This document shows, piece by piece, positions 16,282 to 37,070 of a stretch of 64,000 nt of DNA. The notes under the pieces were generated by a model, which saw nothing but the letters and a program-made list of their open reading frames with translations, was not told the origin of the DNA and did not search any database. A program made the position numbers and the translations under genes. This stretch comes from Blastocystis sp. Blastoise (Eukaryota; Protista; Bigyra: Opalinata), in assembly GCA_039096225.1 (NCBI GenBank), contig JBBPEB010000034.1, forward strand, positions 434,001-498,000, in the 5' to 3' direction. Numbering within the stretch: position 1 is the stretch's first letter; each line of letters opens with the position of its first letter.

Positions 16282-16690
16282 TTACCATAATAAATCAGCA
16301 TCAAATTCATCACCAAGACTTTCTTCAGTTTTCTTCACTTCATAACGTTTCTTCTTTCTGTCTTCTTCTTCTTTGATCTTATCTCTGATTTCTTGTAACT
16401 TATTCTTACCTTTAGATTTCACATCGGATAATTTTATCTTATCACCAATTTGTGAAACTGCTTTGTATGCAGCAATTGATTCTATGTTCTTCCCTATTTC
16501 TTTTGTGACTTTTTTGTCTGTTATAGAAAAAGCTACAGCTTCTGGCTTCTTTGCAGCAATAACATATTTTTTAGGAACATGAACCTTACGTGGTTTCTTT
16601 GTTTTGACTAATTTCTCCTTCCCTCCAGTATCCTTACCTCCCTATATTCAATAAAATCAATACAAACTATATTATTAATACTTGAGCCAT
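16282..16690 (-). CDS. UPF0390 / Leydig cell tumor 10 kDa-like small basic protein
   Basis: ATG GCT CAA, intron, then GGKDTGGKEKLVKTKKPRKVHVPKKYVIAAKK..KKVTKEIGKNIESIAAYKA...DLLW*. The MAQ start and IAxKK / IxxxIExxxAxKA motifs are typical of the family. Confidence 0.65.
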
Positions 16691-16841
16691 CGATTATTTA
16701 AAAAAATAAAATAAATTTAATTTTGATCAGAATTCATGAATAATATTCAGTTTCCTTCGATTAAAACTAAAATAAACAAGATAATTTAGTTTTTATAAAA
16801 CATTTGTATTCCATTATTATTCTGCTTATAAACTGATAGAA

Positions 16842-17007
16842 ATGGCATCTGAGATATATAGCTACTCATCTTACGTTGTTGGAATAGTTATATTAGTTAT
16901 TGGAGTTATTATACCTGTAGGGTATGTTAATTAATACTATAAATACTTATTTTTTATATAGATACATGTATGCTAAAACTTCTTCAAGAATATTACGAAA
17001 AGATTGA
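16842..17007 (+). CDS. 41-aa single-pass membrane microprotein, two exons
   Basis: ATG 16842, 40-nt GT-AG intron 16922-16961, TGA 17005-17007. Product: MASEIYSYSSYVVGIVILVIGVIIPVGYMYAKTSSRILRKD. Confidence 0.55.
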
Positions 17008-17225
17008 GTTTCTTATATGAATTCTTTTTAATTTTTATTGCATTTTCTTATTTTTCACTTTTTATATTGTTTCAATGGTTTTATTTAAATGTAATATATG
17101 TTTTTGTGAATGTATTTTTCTAATAACTAAAACAAAAGTATGATCTTGAACAATTAATCAACAATAACACAAAAAAAAGAGAACAATGAAATTCAAACAT
17201 ATATAGAATACTGTGATTATTTATT

Positions 17226-17543
17226 TTAATTATCATGAATGATACTATCCCAAATTTCATTCAATTTATTAGAATAACGAGGAACAATCCATGATAAAAC
17301 TTCAATTTTCAAGAAATTTGAAGAACTCTTCCATTTTAATAGTAATTGCTTTTTATTATTAATCTTATTAGACATTAACATTTGTATAAGTATCAGTACT
17401 TTTTTAGAAGTAGAATTATCAATAATAATCTTAGGATTATTAATATAATAAGGAAGTAATGATTTAAAAGGTTCAATAATAGAACCAGTTAATAATAAAT
17501 ATGCAAACCATTTATAATAATCTTGACCTTCAAGATATTCAAT
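17226..17543 (-). pseudogene. Orphan terminal exon encoding a DHX37/Dhr1-like C-terminal domain
   Basis: Acceptor cttatag, then an open 105-codon frame: IEYLEGQDYYKWFAYLLLTGSII...LLLKWKSSSNFLKIEVLSWIVPRYSNKLNEIW..*. This resembles the DHX37 C-terminus (RYKHFARFLLEG..WKKNPKYLLAEYCEWL). No upstream helicase exons are present. Confidence 0.55.
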
Positions 17544-17660
17544 CTATAAGATATATATATTTTATAAATTCATAATAAGATATATATATATAGTGTTATA
17601 ATTAATTTCATATTCATAATAGTTTCTTATATATATATATGTAATCAGTGATTCTTATAG

Positions 17661-17900
17661 GATAAAGTGAAAATTTTAATTACGAATGGTTCATTCCCAG
17701 ATTTAAAAGAATTATTAATTGAATCTCTTAGTATATATTATATACATATTCAATGAATACATTAATACTAGTAATTTTTTTTATTTATATATAGTTGTAT
17801 ATATTCACTCTAATATCTTTCAATTGATTGAACATATAAACAAATATAAAATTCATATTTAAAGATACTTTCATTTGATGAAGACAATTCTAAGTAATCT
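17661..17900 (+). pseudogene. Decayed fragments of the BTB/LRR-like family
   Basis: Splice-flanked exon DKVKILITNGSFPDLKELLIESL resembles LIKFITIGKIPKLKEF of the 926-4740 gene. The next fragment is frameshifted. Confidence 0.35.
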
Positions 17901-18236
17901 CATTCTATTCTATATAGGTTTATTAGTATTTTATATTCATTGTATATCATTTTTATTTTCAATAATATATAATTTCATTTTTAAAAGAATTTGTTTTCAG
18001 AATATGATATTAGTGTATCGTTTAATGTATAATAACAAAATATTTGATGAAAAGTAAATTAAAATAATAATTTTTTATTTTTTTAATATTTATTTTGAAG
18101 CAAAGAAGAATAAAATCTTATGATATAGGGAATGATGGATTAATAAAGATCTTCTAAATACACATATAATAGCATAATTATCTTTGATATTAACTCGCAA
18201 GTCATAAAATCTCATTATATCCTGTGATATTATACC

Positions 18237-18270
<34 letters not shown>

Positions 18271-19818
18271 CAATGAAAATGTATGTATTTTATGTATTTC
18301 TATATAATAATGAAAACGAAATATAGGACATATCGATAGAGAACTGTTAATTGTATATATACTAGTTTTCCCAGGTATATAAAACAAAATAAAAACGATA
18401 TATTTTCATTTTTAAGAGTTTCTATTGAACCAATATTTTATTTTATGAACATTTACTATTGATGTATATATAACTTAATATATAAATCAAATTATACTAT
18501 ATATATCATGAGATACATTATTAGCATGAATAATATGAAAACAAATGTAATAATGAAGGTAAAATACATATATATATTTAAAAAACTATTTTTTCTTTAA
18601 ATAAATTCATTATATAGTATTAATAATGATATAATCAGTTACATTAACAACTAATAAACCGATGAATAAAATGGTTTTAATTCAATATACCCTTCATTGA
18701 CTTGTAAAAAGATAAAAACAGTATAAACAATACCAGAATAATTGATTCATTGGGATATCATTAGTTATGTATATGCAAAATAAATAATAAAGTTTATTAA
18801 TAATCATAGTTACATTTAAATGATTTTTGAATCATATAGTTTATAATTAGAATAAATATTCTTAATAACTAATTAAGTAGAATTCTTTATTAGTATGTAT
18901 TACTTATAAAAAAGTATATACGATAATATTGTTCAAATAGTTCAAATACCTATTTGATTTCTTCATCATGTATAGTATATCTAACATATTCTAAAATGAA
19001 TAGAGTTTCTACTACAGACCCCATTCTTTTATTTTAATATTTCTACAGATATATAAAGATTTTAATAGCTACAAAAAAACTAATAATTATCATGTTATTA
19101 GTATATATTAAGATAATGGAATCATGACTATTTTAGGAGAGGATGCTATCATTTATATAATCATATCGTAATATACTTACTCTACACAGAAAGTCAAATA
19201 GTCTTATATAAAATCAACCAATAAATAGTCAATGAATAAAAATTTTAAAATACATAAATAAAGAATGAAGTTGAAAGCTTCATAGCAAGTAAAAGAATAT
19301 TGATAGTATATACATCTAAAATTCCATTATATATAATGATTTCTTTTCAAATTGAAGCATACAAATAATAAAGTATTCAATTCTCTATAGTTTCTCTTTG
19401 TTCTTATATAATTCTATGTACCTGATTCTGTTTTAATCTTTGAAGCTGAAAAATAAAAATGTTATTCAAATTAGCAGAAGATACTAGCACAAAGCTTTCT
19501 TGTGATTATCTAGATTCATCAAATAGGCATAAAGAGCATGATTCTATACTTAAACAGAGGTTAAATTAAATACTAATATACATGAACTCAAGAAATATCA
19601 CTTATAAAAGAAATATACATTTTCAAGGACATAGAGGACTCAGATTTATACATCATCACATTCATCTGTCATTAGTAATTGAATAAAACAAAAAACAAAT
19701 CGAATTCGATTTCTGAAACGGGTTTAGAAAACTTTCAGTTTGGTTGTGTTTCTTTTCCTTTTTGTGTCGACACATACGTATTTCTCCTTAGATAATAATA
19801 GAAGAGACTAGAATAATA

Positions 19819-20819
19819 ATGTTTCAGTCAAATAAGGTTGTGGATGATACAGTTCCGTTAGTAGAAAAGCCTCAAGATACAAGAATTACATGTGATGAGT
19901 TGATGCAAGGTGACTGTATAGTTTCGGGTGATCTTGAAAAGATGGGATATTATTGGAATATGAGTTGTCTTCCTCAATGGAAGCCACGATTCTGTGTTGT
20001 GAAAGGTGGATATTTATGGAAATATCCTCATAGACACGTATATATATGCATCTATATTGTATTATTCAATTATTGTTTCATTTTTATAGGGAACTGGATT
20101 CAAAGGGTATTTTCATCATCATATTTTTTTATAAAATTATACTTCTCTCATTATATAGTTGTCCAATTCCTTTAGAACATGTTCAATATGAAATTGTTGA
20201 TTCCGTTCCTGAACGAAATGTTTTAAAAGTATTTTTTTTAGTTTCAATAAGATAAATATATATCTGTTTTTCTTCTTAGATATATATATGTTTTTTTTCT
20301 TCTTAGATATATATATGTTTTTCTTCTTAGATATATATATGTTTTTCTTCTTAGATATATATGTTTTTTTCTTCTTAGATATATACATTATCAAAAGAAT
20401 GGTATTTCAGATTTTCCAATGAACATGATTTAAATCATTGGATAGATTGTATGAAGAAGTATATTTATTATTATTATTATATATATAGAATTTATTTATT
20501 ATTATATATAAAGTTTGTTTATTATTATATATAAAGTTTGTTTATTATTTTATTATATATAGAGTATGTTTATACATATATATAGAGAACGAGAAATGAT
20601 GATTAAAGTGAGAATGGGTCATCTTCACGTAGATTCTATTACTGAAAAGGCTATGAATGTATATATATTAATATATATATATTATTCTATATTATTATCT
20701 AAATAATATCTTGTTTCTATTATTATTCTATATAGATAGGAGATAGAGAATATGAAAAACGATTAGAACATATGAAGAAACAAGAACCAGATGTCTCTCA
20801 AGTACCTCAACTCTTCTAA
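19819..20819 (+). CDS. PH-domain protein
   Basis: Spliced product contains SGDLEKMG..QWKPRFCVVKGGYLWKY..PIPL..KEWYFRFSNEHDLNHWIDCMK (PH signature) and ends VPQLF* at 20819. Confidence 0.8.
20262..20385 (+). repeat. Five tandem copies of a 24-27-bp unit containing the 3' splice site
   Basis: TTTTCTTCTTAGATATATAT units with the AG ending at 20279, 20306, 20330, 20354 and 20378. Confidence 0.85.
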
Positions 20820-21719
20820 TTCTTATCTGATTTATAAATAAATAAAGAATTCAATATATATATATTATATCATTTATGACTCAAAACTTTTTCAATATTA
20901 TTTATTATTCAAATTTTTATGCACTATAATATATGTTTTATCTCTGTAGTTGACCTTTTTTCATATATTCTGTACTATGTGAAGTATATATTGTTTTGTT
21001 CTTATGAATGGTATAGATGATTCTATTATTTGTCATGTAGTTTCTTCATGTTATTTTCACTTATATATATATATTTTTTAAATTAATAATAAAATTTATT
21101 ACACTTTGAAATGAATAATATTTATAACTTATTTGTAGGCATTCATTTTGAAATATATTCTTTGTAGAGTCAGTGTAAGTATCGCATTTGCATTATCTTT
21201 TATTTGAGTATGAATAACTCACAAAATATATTATTTGTAAACCCTTTATATTTAAATAATCAATAAAAATGCATGTATATAGCAAATTTCACAAAACTTT
21301 TTCATTTCATAGAATCAGATCGTTGTCTTCTATCAGCTGCTATATTTGAAATACTCTTCTTTATTATTCTAAGTTATCATAGAAGTATAAATATGACGTT
21401 TTTCAAATCATTTGACAATTAAAGTCAATACAATTGACTAATTTTATAATAAATTCTATCTGACAGCTTTCATATTGCAATATTCATAATAACTGAGCAA
21501 TAATACTTGTATATAAAAACAATTTTGAATGCCAAAATATTTGGATAAAAGAAATGATTATTGAGTTGAACAGAGAAAGTACACTGAAAGTTAAAATTGA
21601 TTTTTATAATCATTTTATAAAATATGTTCAGTTAGGAAAGTAAAAAATAATATGATTCTAAAACTAAAGAAATTCTTTTCGTTTTCTAAATTTCGATTTT
21701 CTAATAAATTACTTTTGAA

Positions 21720-24029
21720 ATGTCTACTACTTCTGAAAAGCAATTACTCTTTTCTGTCATCAAATTCCTTGAAGATTTATCTTTAAAGAACTCGGATAGC
21801 ACTGAGTCTATGAATGTTTGTATCCAATGCTTACAAGATCAATTCAATATCGATGTTCATGATCCTGATCAAGTTCGTCAACTTGGTGTTTGTCCTAGCT
21901 TATTAGAACTCTTTACGAAAGTACATGCTTTTGAATATTAAATAATCATGTTTTTACTTACATATATAGAATTATCCTGCTCAAGAAAGTGCTAATCCTG
22001 AACTTGCTGGTATTTTTACATATCTAAAAAATCTTCTAATTATTATAAAATAAATAACACTTTTTATAACTATTCTTTAAATCTCTAAAACGTTTTTTAG
22101 CTATTTTTAAATATATAAAATGCTTTTTTTATAGTTATTTCTAACGTTCGATATAATCTATAGAACTTGAATCGGATTCTCGTTTCCAACAATTCATTAA
22201 TAATCTATTAAATAAAGGATACTTTAAAGGAACTGATATTCACGATTTTATTAACAAGGAAAGATTAGAAAAGGCTATATTAAAATTCAAAGAGAAATAT
22301 GGTAATACTACTACTTCTCCTGTTTCTATACCTACTCAAAATGAAGAAAAAACTGTTGTATATAGAATTCATATTATTATAAATAATCACATGATTTCAT
22401 ATTGAGTTATTATTATATTTTATGTTTTTTTAAAAAGAAAATAAATTTATATATGATTATTTATATATAGACTGAAGAAGAAGAAAATCAAGCTGAATCT
22501 CTTAAAGAACAAGGTAAATATATTATATATATATATATATATTAACATAATATATATATATAGGTAATAATTGTTTAGTTCAAAAAGATTATGATGCTGC
22601 TATTAACTGTTATTCTCGTGCTATTTATATAAATCCCCGTGGGAAAAAGTCTCATATTTATTATGGTAATAGAGCTGCTGCTTATATGTATTTAAAACAA
22701 TATGATAGTGCTATTGAAGGTATATATATATATATATTATTATATGGTTTATATACTTTAAAAAAATGTTTTTTAATTAGTATATAATATGTATATAATA
22801 AATAAATGATATATTAATATATATTATGAATAGATTGTAAGACTTCTATTGAGCTTTGTCCCTCTTATATACGTGCTTATACTCGTTTAGCTACTATATA
22901 TATAACAAATAAAGATACTTCAAAAGCAAGAGAAATGTAAATATATATAGTTTTTATTTCTTGTTAATAATAGTCTATATATTATTATGGTGATACATAT
23001 ATTCTATGTATTCTCTATATATAGTATTTCAAAAGGACTTGAAATTGATCCTAATAACAAAGGTCTTCTTGACGGTCTTCAAACAATCAATAATCAAGTA
23101 TAGAATTATTTATATATATATATATTATTAATATTTTGTGACTTAGATATGTATTCTTTTTTAATTAATATTTTGTGATTTCAATATGTGTATATAATCT
23201 ATCTTTCTATCAATATATATATTATTTCTGTATAGTCTTCTTCATCTGATACTAATCCTTCTTCTAATGCTTCTTCTAATGCTTCTTCAGGACTTGATTT
23301 CTCCAATATTGCAGGCATGCTTAGAGACCCTAATGTACAACAAGTATATATATATATTATTATTATTATTTCTTTATTTTTTATTATTTTTTTTTCTGTT
23401 AATAAAAGTTTTTTTCTAGTATATGTATATATTTACTTTTTCATTTTCTATTATATAATACCTTTTAAAGAATATTTAATATATAAAATGTTTTTTTAAA
23501 TATGTTTTCTAAAGAATCTTCAAGGAATTGCCTCCTCTTTATTTGGTGGGAACTCTTCTTCAAATCCCTCTTCGAATCCCTCTTCAGAAAATACATCTAC
23601 GAATAGCACTAATAATACTCCTAATAATATTCCTAATAATAACCCTAATAACACAAATAGTAACCCTCTTGGAGGTCTTTCAGGTCTTCTGAATAATCCT
23701 GAAGTCATGAATATGTATATATATATTTATAAATATTACAAATTATTTATTTATAAATATTAACAAATATATATATAACAAATATTCACAATATATATAT
23801 TAACAAATGTATATTTATAAATATTAAATATATATATATAATACTATAAAATAAAATGAGTATACTATTAATCTACTATATATATAGGGCTCAGAATTTA
23901 ATGAGAGATCCTCAAGCTATGAATAATCTTATGGGAACATTCGGATCTCTCTTTGGAAATAGAGGAGGCAATAGTAATAATGATAATAATAATAAAGATC
24001 AAGATGATACACCTAGCTACTATTCTTAA
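21720..24029 (+). CDS. SGTA: Small glutamine-rich TPR co-chaperone (SGTA/Sgt2)
   Basis: N-terminal dimerisation motif (KQLLFSVIKFL..ESMNVCIQCLQDQF), three TPRs (AESLKEQGN..YDAAINCYSRAI..IYYGNRAAAY..AIEDC..PSYIRAYTRL) and STI1-like LNNPEVMNMAQNLMRDP. Stop at 24027-24029. Confidence 0.88.
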
Positions 24030-24481
24030 TTGTTCTAATATTATGTTGTAATACTATAAATTTCTCACTATAGAAAAATACTGTTTTGTTCATTTATTAT
24101 ACCATATTAGCAAATTGATTTTTTTTTTTCATTTTCTTTTGATAAAGAAAATATGTGTCACATTCTATTATTAATATCTCATTTCATAATCATAAAAACT
24201 ATTATTTTCCAATATAGTAGCAAACAATTTTGTTTAATCAACTTTTCTAAATAGCAATACAAATTGTGAGAAACATGTTTATATCATTCACTTTTAAAAA
24301 CAAACCATATTCATTCTAAAACATATCATATAACAACAAAAAACAAAAAAATAAAAAGAATGATTCATTCAGCAGAATTCAACTATGCTTATTCAAAAAA
24401 AAACCAAAATCTGTTTTTTTTTTATCTTTTTTAAAAATAGTGGCTGATTGAATTACGTTATTTTCTGTACAAGTATAAGAA

Positions 24482-29603
<5,122 letters not shown>

Positions 29604-30318
29604 TATATATATAAGTTTTATTTTTTTTTTATTCAAATTTAATTTACATTTATACTATCATTTATTTCTATTTTCTTTTTGGTTTTTTCTCAGTGTATAT
29701 TATAATTTATTAACGTTATTTAGTTCTATTCTTGAAAATTATTCTAACTTTTTTAATTATCGAAGCTTTATATGTGTATGAAACCAAAAATGTTAAAACG
29801 TTTACAAATAAACTAAATGTTAGAATTCTATATGTAAATATTATGGATAAAAAGCTTATAGCTGCAGAAGATATTTATATTAGGAAAATGATTGCATTTA
29901 AATAATAAAAAACGAAAATGTTGTAAAAAACGTTGATTAACTTGGTAAACTGATTTTAAATATATGTTTTCGAATTATGCATATTATTATTCTGCATTTT
30001 ATATTTCATGAAAGTGAGAAATAAAAATGATCGAACATTAGAATTGATTATTTAATTACTATAATATTCACGCCAAGTTTGTCTTGGTACAAAACGAGTG
30101 TTAAGAATAAATAAAATCATAGACAGATAGCAGAAAACGAGTTTGACAAGATATTTAAATAAAAACAAAACAAAAATATTATTTTATATTTTTGCGTATT
30201 CTTCGAGTGATATTTCAGGTTATTTCACAAATTACAATAGAATTCATAATTCATTAATTTATTAGTCTAATCATACTTCATACTCTTTGAAATTGAATAT
30301 TTGTGCTCGATAGTGATT

Positions 30319-32036
<1,718 letters not shown>

Positions 32037-32386
32037 CTATATGTATATATTATATATATGTATTGTTTAATTTCATATACATTGAATTTTATTTTTTATT
32101 TATTGGTACAATGAAAATTTTAAAGGTTTATGTCCGTAAAGAAGTATTAACTTTGTTTTTGTTGAGTATATTTTAATTTAAGTAGAAAATAATAATAAAT
32201 ATAATGAATAAAAAAACTAGAAAACTAGAACATCAATAGATTATCATATTAAAGACACTCAGACAAAGAAAAAATAGAAAATAGAAAACATATAATGAAT
32301 AAAAAAGAAAAAATGAGAAAAAAATATATTAAAAAATTAATACTAAACATAAATAAATAAATGGATATAAAAATAAAATAATAATA

Positions 32387-33012
32387 TTAGTTCTTTTTGA
32401 TATCGAGTGCGTCATTAGCCGCTTTTGTGACATGTGTATATATAGTATTATAATGCTGACTACTACATATAGTGAAAGGACTGTCTTCTAAAACACTACG
32501 TAGATCTTCAGCGATAATCGCGGTTATCTCATTATTACCCATAGCTTTTTCTATATATGTAGATAATAAGATAAATATAATAAATATAATAAATAAAATA
32601 AATATAATAAATATAATAAATATAATAAATATAATAAATATAATAAATAATAAATAAGATAAATATAATAAATAAAATAAATAAGATAAATAAATATATA
32701 ATAAATATATAATAAATAAAATAAATATAATAAAAAATATAAATATACCTAATGTGGATATATTATCTTTCGACATGGATTGTTCTTTATATTCATATAT
32801 ATCATTTGTTTCACGTTCTTTCGGATGTATATTGATATGATTATTAATAGTACTATTCTTGCGATTGATTGGAGGAGATTTAATGACAGGTGTATCTATT
32901 GTTATTTCTGTGACAGAGAGTGCGTCATCATTTAATAAGCTGGGTCTTTTCCCTTGGTTTTCATTCTTTATTGATCGAGTAGGAGAAGTAAGAAGAGAAG
33001 AATCTTTTAATA

Positions 33013-33047
<35 letters not shown>

Positions 33048-36000
33048 TTATCTTTATCTTTATTATTAACTAAATTATTATTATCTTTATCTTTATTAAT
33101 ATCAATTAATTTTTGTTGTTTCTGTTCTTCTTCTTTCATCCATAAAGTGATGAAATCATTGTACGTATTCATGGAGTTTAAAGAGAGTGTTCTAGAGAGA
33201 GGATATATATTTCTTCGTTGCTTTGTATAATCATAAGCTCGTTCTACTACATGACGTATATATTGTCGAATCCCTTCAGTAAGAGTAATCAAAGCTTTTT
33301 CAGATACACCTATATTATAACTCTTTGAATATTTTATATATATTGATTTAATTGTTTCTCCATAGAGAATACATATACGATCCCATTTCTTAGATTCACG
33401 GTAATCTACAGAATATTGAGAACGACGAGATACAAAATCAGTATCATTTGATAGTCTCTATTTTATATATATATATATATGAATTAATAGAATAATAAAT
33501 ATAAAATAAATATATATACTTTTTCTAATGTTGATACTTCACCTGTAAGACTATTATTATTTTCATATTGTTTTGAAAAAAGAGAAATATAACCAACATC
33601 TATAAATAATAAATAATAAATAATAAATAATAAATAATAAATAATAAATAATAAATAATAAATAATAAATAATAAATAATAAATAATAAATAATAAATAA
33701 TAAATAATAAATAATAAATAATAAATAATAAATAATAAATAATAAATAATAAATAATAAATAATAAATAATAAATAATAAATAATAAATAATAAATAATA
33801 AATAATAAATAATAAATAATAAATAATAAATAATAAATAATAAATAATAAATAATAAATAATAAATAATAAATAATAAATAATAAATAATATACATTTAT
33901 TTTCATTTGTTTCTTTTTTGATATCTTTCGATAAGATTACAGTAGATCGACTTATAGGTAAAGTTTCTTCTTTGTCTTCTTTCTCTATTCGAGTTGTATT
34001 CTTTGAACGTTTTCCTGTTATATTATTATTCTGATTATTATTCTGATTATTATTATTCTGATTATTATTATTGTTATTCTGATTATTATTATTATTATTA
34101 GATATAACAGTATTATTAGTATTTCCCATAGTATTATTATTATTATTATTATTATTATTTGATCCAATATTTTGATTAATAATTCCAGTAATAGTATTAG
34201 AAGGAGTTCGTTTCTTTACGGTATTTGTCTTAGTCTTCATAGCTGGATAAGTAGATATAGTAGTACTATTAGATATATAATTCGATGGATAAGAAGATCC
34301 TTTCATTGTATTAAAACCATATACTTGATTTGGTTTAATCATAGAAGAAGAAGTAGAAGAAGAAGAAGGAGATACTATTTTAGGATATACACTATTATTA
34401 ATAGTAGTATTATTAATACTATTTGTATTATTAGTAGTAGTATTTGGATAATAAGGATAATTACGAGGATCATTCACAGAATTTGTAGATTGAATATTTC
34501 CTTGTATTCTAGAATTTATAAGATCTGAAGTATTACTAGTATTATTATTCATAATAGTATTATTAGTATTATTCATTTGATTCATATTATTATTAGTATT
34601 AGTATTAGGAATAGAAGAATTTATATTGATTGCTTGTTGATTATTTGTTGTTGTTACTCTATTAATAGTTGAATTATTATAATTCATATTATTTGTATTA
34701 TTATTAGTATTATTCATCATAGTACTATTATTTATATAAGTATTTTTATTAATATATTGTGAATTATGTGTTGAATTCGTACTTCGATGTGAAGATACAG
34801 AAGAAGCTCTTGTTCTTATAGCAGGAGTAGATAGAGATGGAGTTGTATTTATTGTTGATGTATAAGGACTAGTAATTATAGGAGTATTAGAAGCTATAGA
34901 AGGTGTAGATGTATTTATATAAGACATATCTTGAGAATTCACTTGATTATTCTGTGGATATACAGAAATTGGATTTATCATCATTGAAGTGTTATTAGTA
35001 TTAGTATTAGTATTATTATTAGTATATGTTTGAGAATTATAAGAATAAGGAGGAACACTATTAGTATTAGTATTATTATTATTCATTTGATTTATATTAT
35101 TATTCATTTGATTCATATTAGTATTAGTATTCATTTGATTTATATTATTATTATTCATTTGATTCATATTAGTATTAGTATTCATTTGATTTATATTATT
35201 ATTATTATTCATTTGATTTATATTATTATTATTATTCATTTGATTTATATTATTATTATTATTCATTTGATTCATATTAGTATTCATAACATTTGATGGA
35301 GTATTGACTGTATTCATATTTAGTTGCATAGATCCATTCATTTGATTATTATTCATTTGATTATTATTAATATTATTATTCATTTGATTAGTATTATTAT
35401 TCATTTGATTATTATTAATATTATTATTATTATTATTCATTTGATTATTATTATTATTATTATTCATTTTATTATTATTGGATCTACTATAACTAGAATA
35501 TATCGTTATAAATAAAGTACATAACTGCTGCTTCTCCTGATCATTCAATTGAGGGAAACTACTACATGCAGCACAACCCTATATAATTATTAGAAATAGA
35601 ATAATAATTTTGATAAAAAAAAAATAATAAAACAATACAATAATAAATATAATACAATAATAAATATAATAAATAGAATACAATAATTAACACAATAAAA
35701 CAATACAATAATAAATATAATACAATAATAAATATAATACAATAATACAATAATTAACACAATAAAACAATACAATAATAAGCATAATATTAACAAAATA
35801 CTTGACATTTCATTATATGTATTAATTGTGGTTTTGAATTATCTATTTGTTTACCACAACCTTTACATGATAATAAATGATTATAAATATTATATTGTTC
35901 TTCTAATTTTCTATATATATATATTGAAAATACAGTTAATTAATTTTAAGAATAAATATAATATATATAATATACTGAGGAATAAATTTACAATATGGAC

Positions 36001-36514
36001 AATTAGCATCTTTTACGGTTAGATGATCTTTAAAATGTCGAAAAATGGAACACTGACAAACATAATTCTTAATAATTGAATTGTCATGAGGATAAGTATT
36101 AAGATATGCACCTGTACAAATAAATTAAAGAGAATATTCAATCATATTTTAAATAAATTAATGAGATAATATTAAAATATAAAATAATGATGAACATAAT
36201 TAATAAAATATATATATATATAAGCATACGATACATTAGACAAACACAGATACATGTCGAACAATTCTTTTGATTTTGTCCTTGATTATGAGAATCCTAA
36301 AAGAAATAGAAAAAAGAAATGATCACAATAATAAGATACTGTCCAGAAGTGAAGTGACATCTGATGAATCAGTCGAACAAGATCTGAGATATTCTGACCT
36401 TTTGATGTTGAAACTAGTATACAATACTGTTTCACTGCTTCAACAATGGATTGATATGTATTATTCTATATTCATCTATAAGCATGATGATATCTTTAGC
36501 CATACGTTATTCAT
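32387..36514 (-). CDS. TAF4-like protein with Cys/His-rich (TAZ-like) N-terminus and Asn-rich low-complexity middle
   Basis: ATG 36514. Exons encode HFKDHL..NCPYC, HLLSCKGC and HIMKCQGCAAC, then a long N/NQM-rich region. The C-terminal GVSEKALITLTEGIRQYIRHVVERA..QR (histone-fold-like) and IIAEDLRSVLE (cf. TAF4 VNLRDLIFCLE) suggest TAF4. Confidence 0.55.
33602..33891. repeat. Intronic 7-bp (AAATAAT)n tandem array
   Basis: Perfect heptamer array; it produces the spurious YYLLFII ORFs. Confidence 0.95.
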
Positions 36515-37070
36515 TATTCGTTGTTGTATGCTATATAACAAGAAATAAGAAAATCAAAACTTTCTAATCAAATGTATAAAATAGTTACGAATAAATGTGA
36601 CGGTTCAATAGAAAAATTATTTTTTCGATCCTATTATAAAAACTAGTTTTTGTTTTGTTTTCTGGACAATTAGAGACATAATAATATCTCTTTTTATGAC
36701 AACAATGCAGAACTATACATATTGAAGATCGTTTTAACTTATAACATGTCAATCCGTTAGTTGATTAAGATAAAGAGTATTTAAATATGTAGATAATAAT
36801 ATATTCGATGTTTTTTACTATTTCTAAGAATATAAATATTAAAAAAATGAAATAAAATTAAAACTTTATTAAAACTTTTAGAATTTGATTTTTAAAAAAA
36901 TAATAAAACATCTAAACACAACTTATAACAACAAAATATACATATATCAAACATCAAGAAAAATATTAAGACAACAAAAAAAATAAATAATAAAGAAGAA
37001 GTAAAAAAAAAAAAGAAAATAATGAAAATAGTACTTTATATATAATAAAACCATAATATAATGATCATAT

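Noticed and set aside
33484-33906. YYLLFII-repeat ORFs
   Set aside because: Intronic 7-bp tandem repeat, not coding.
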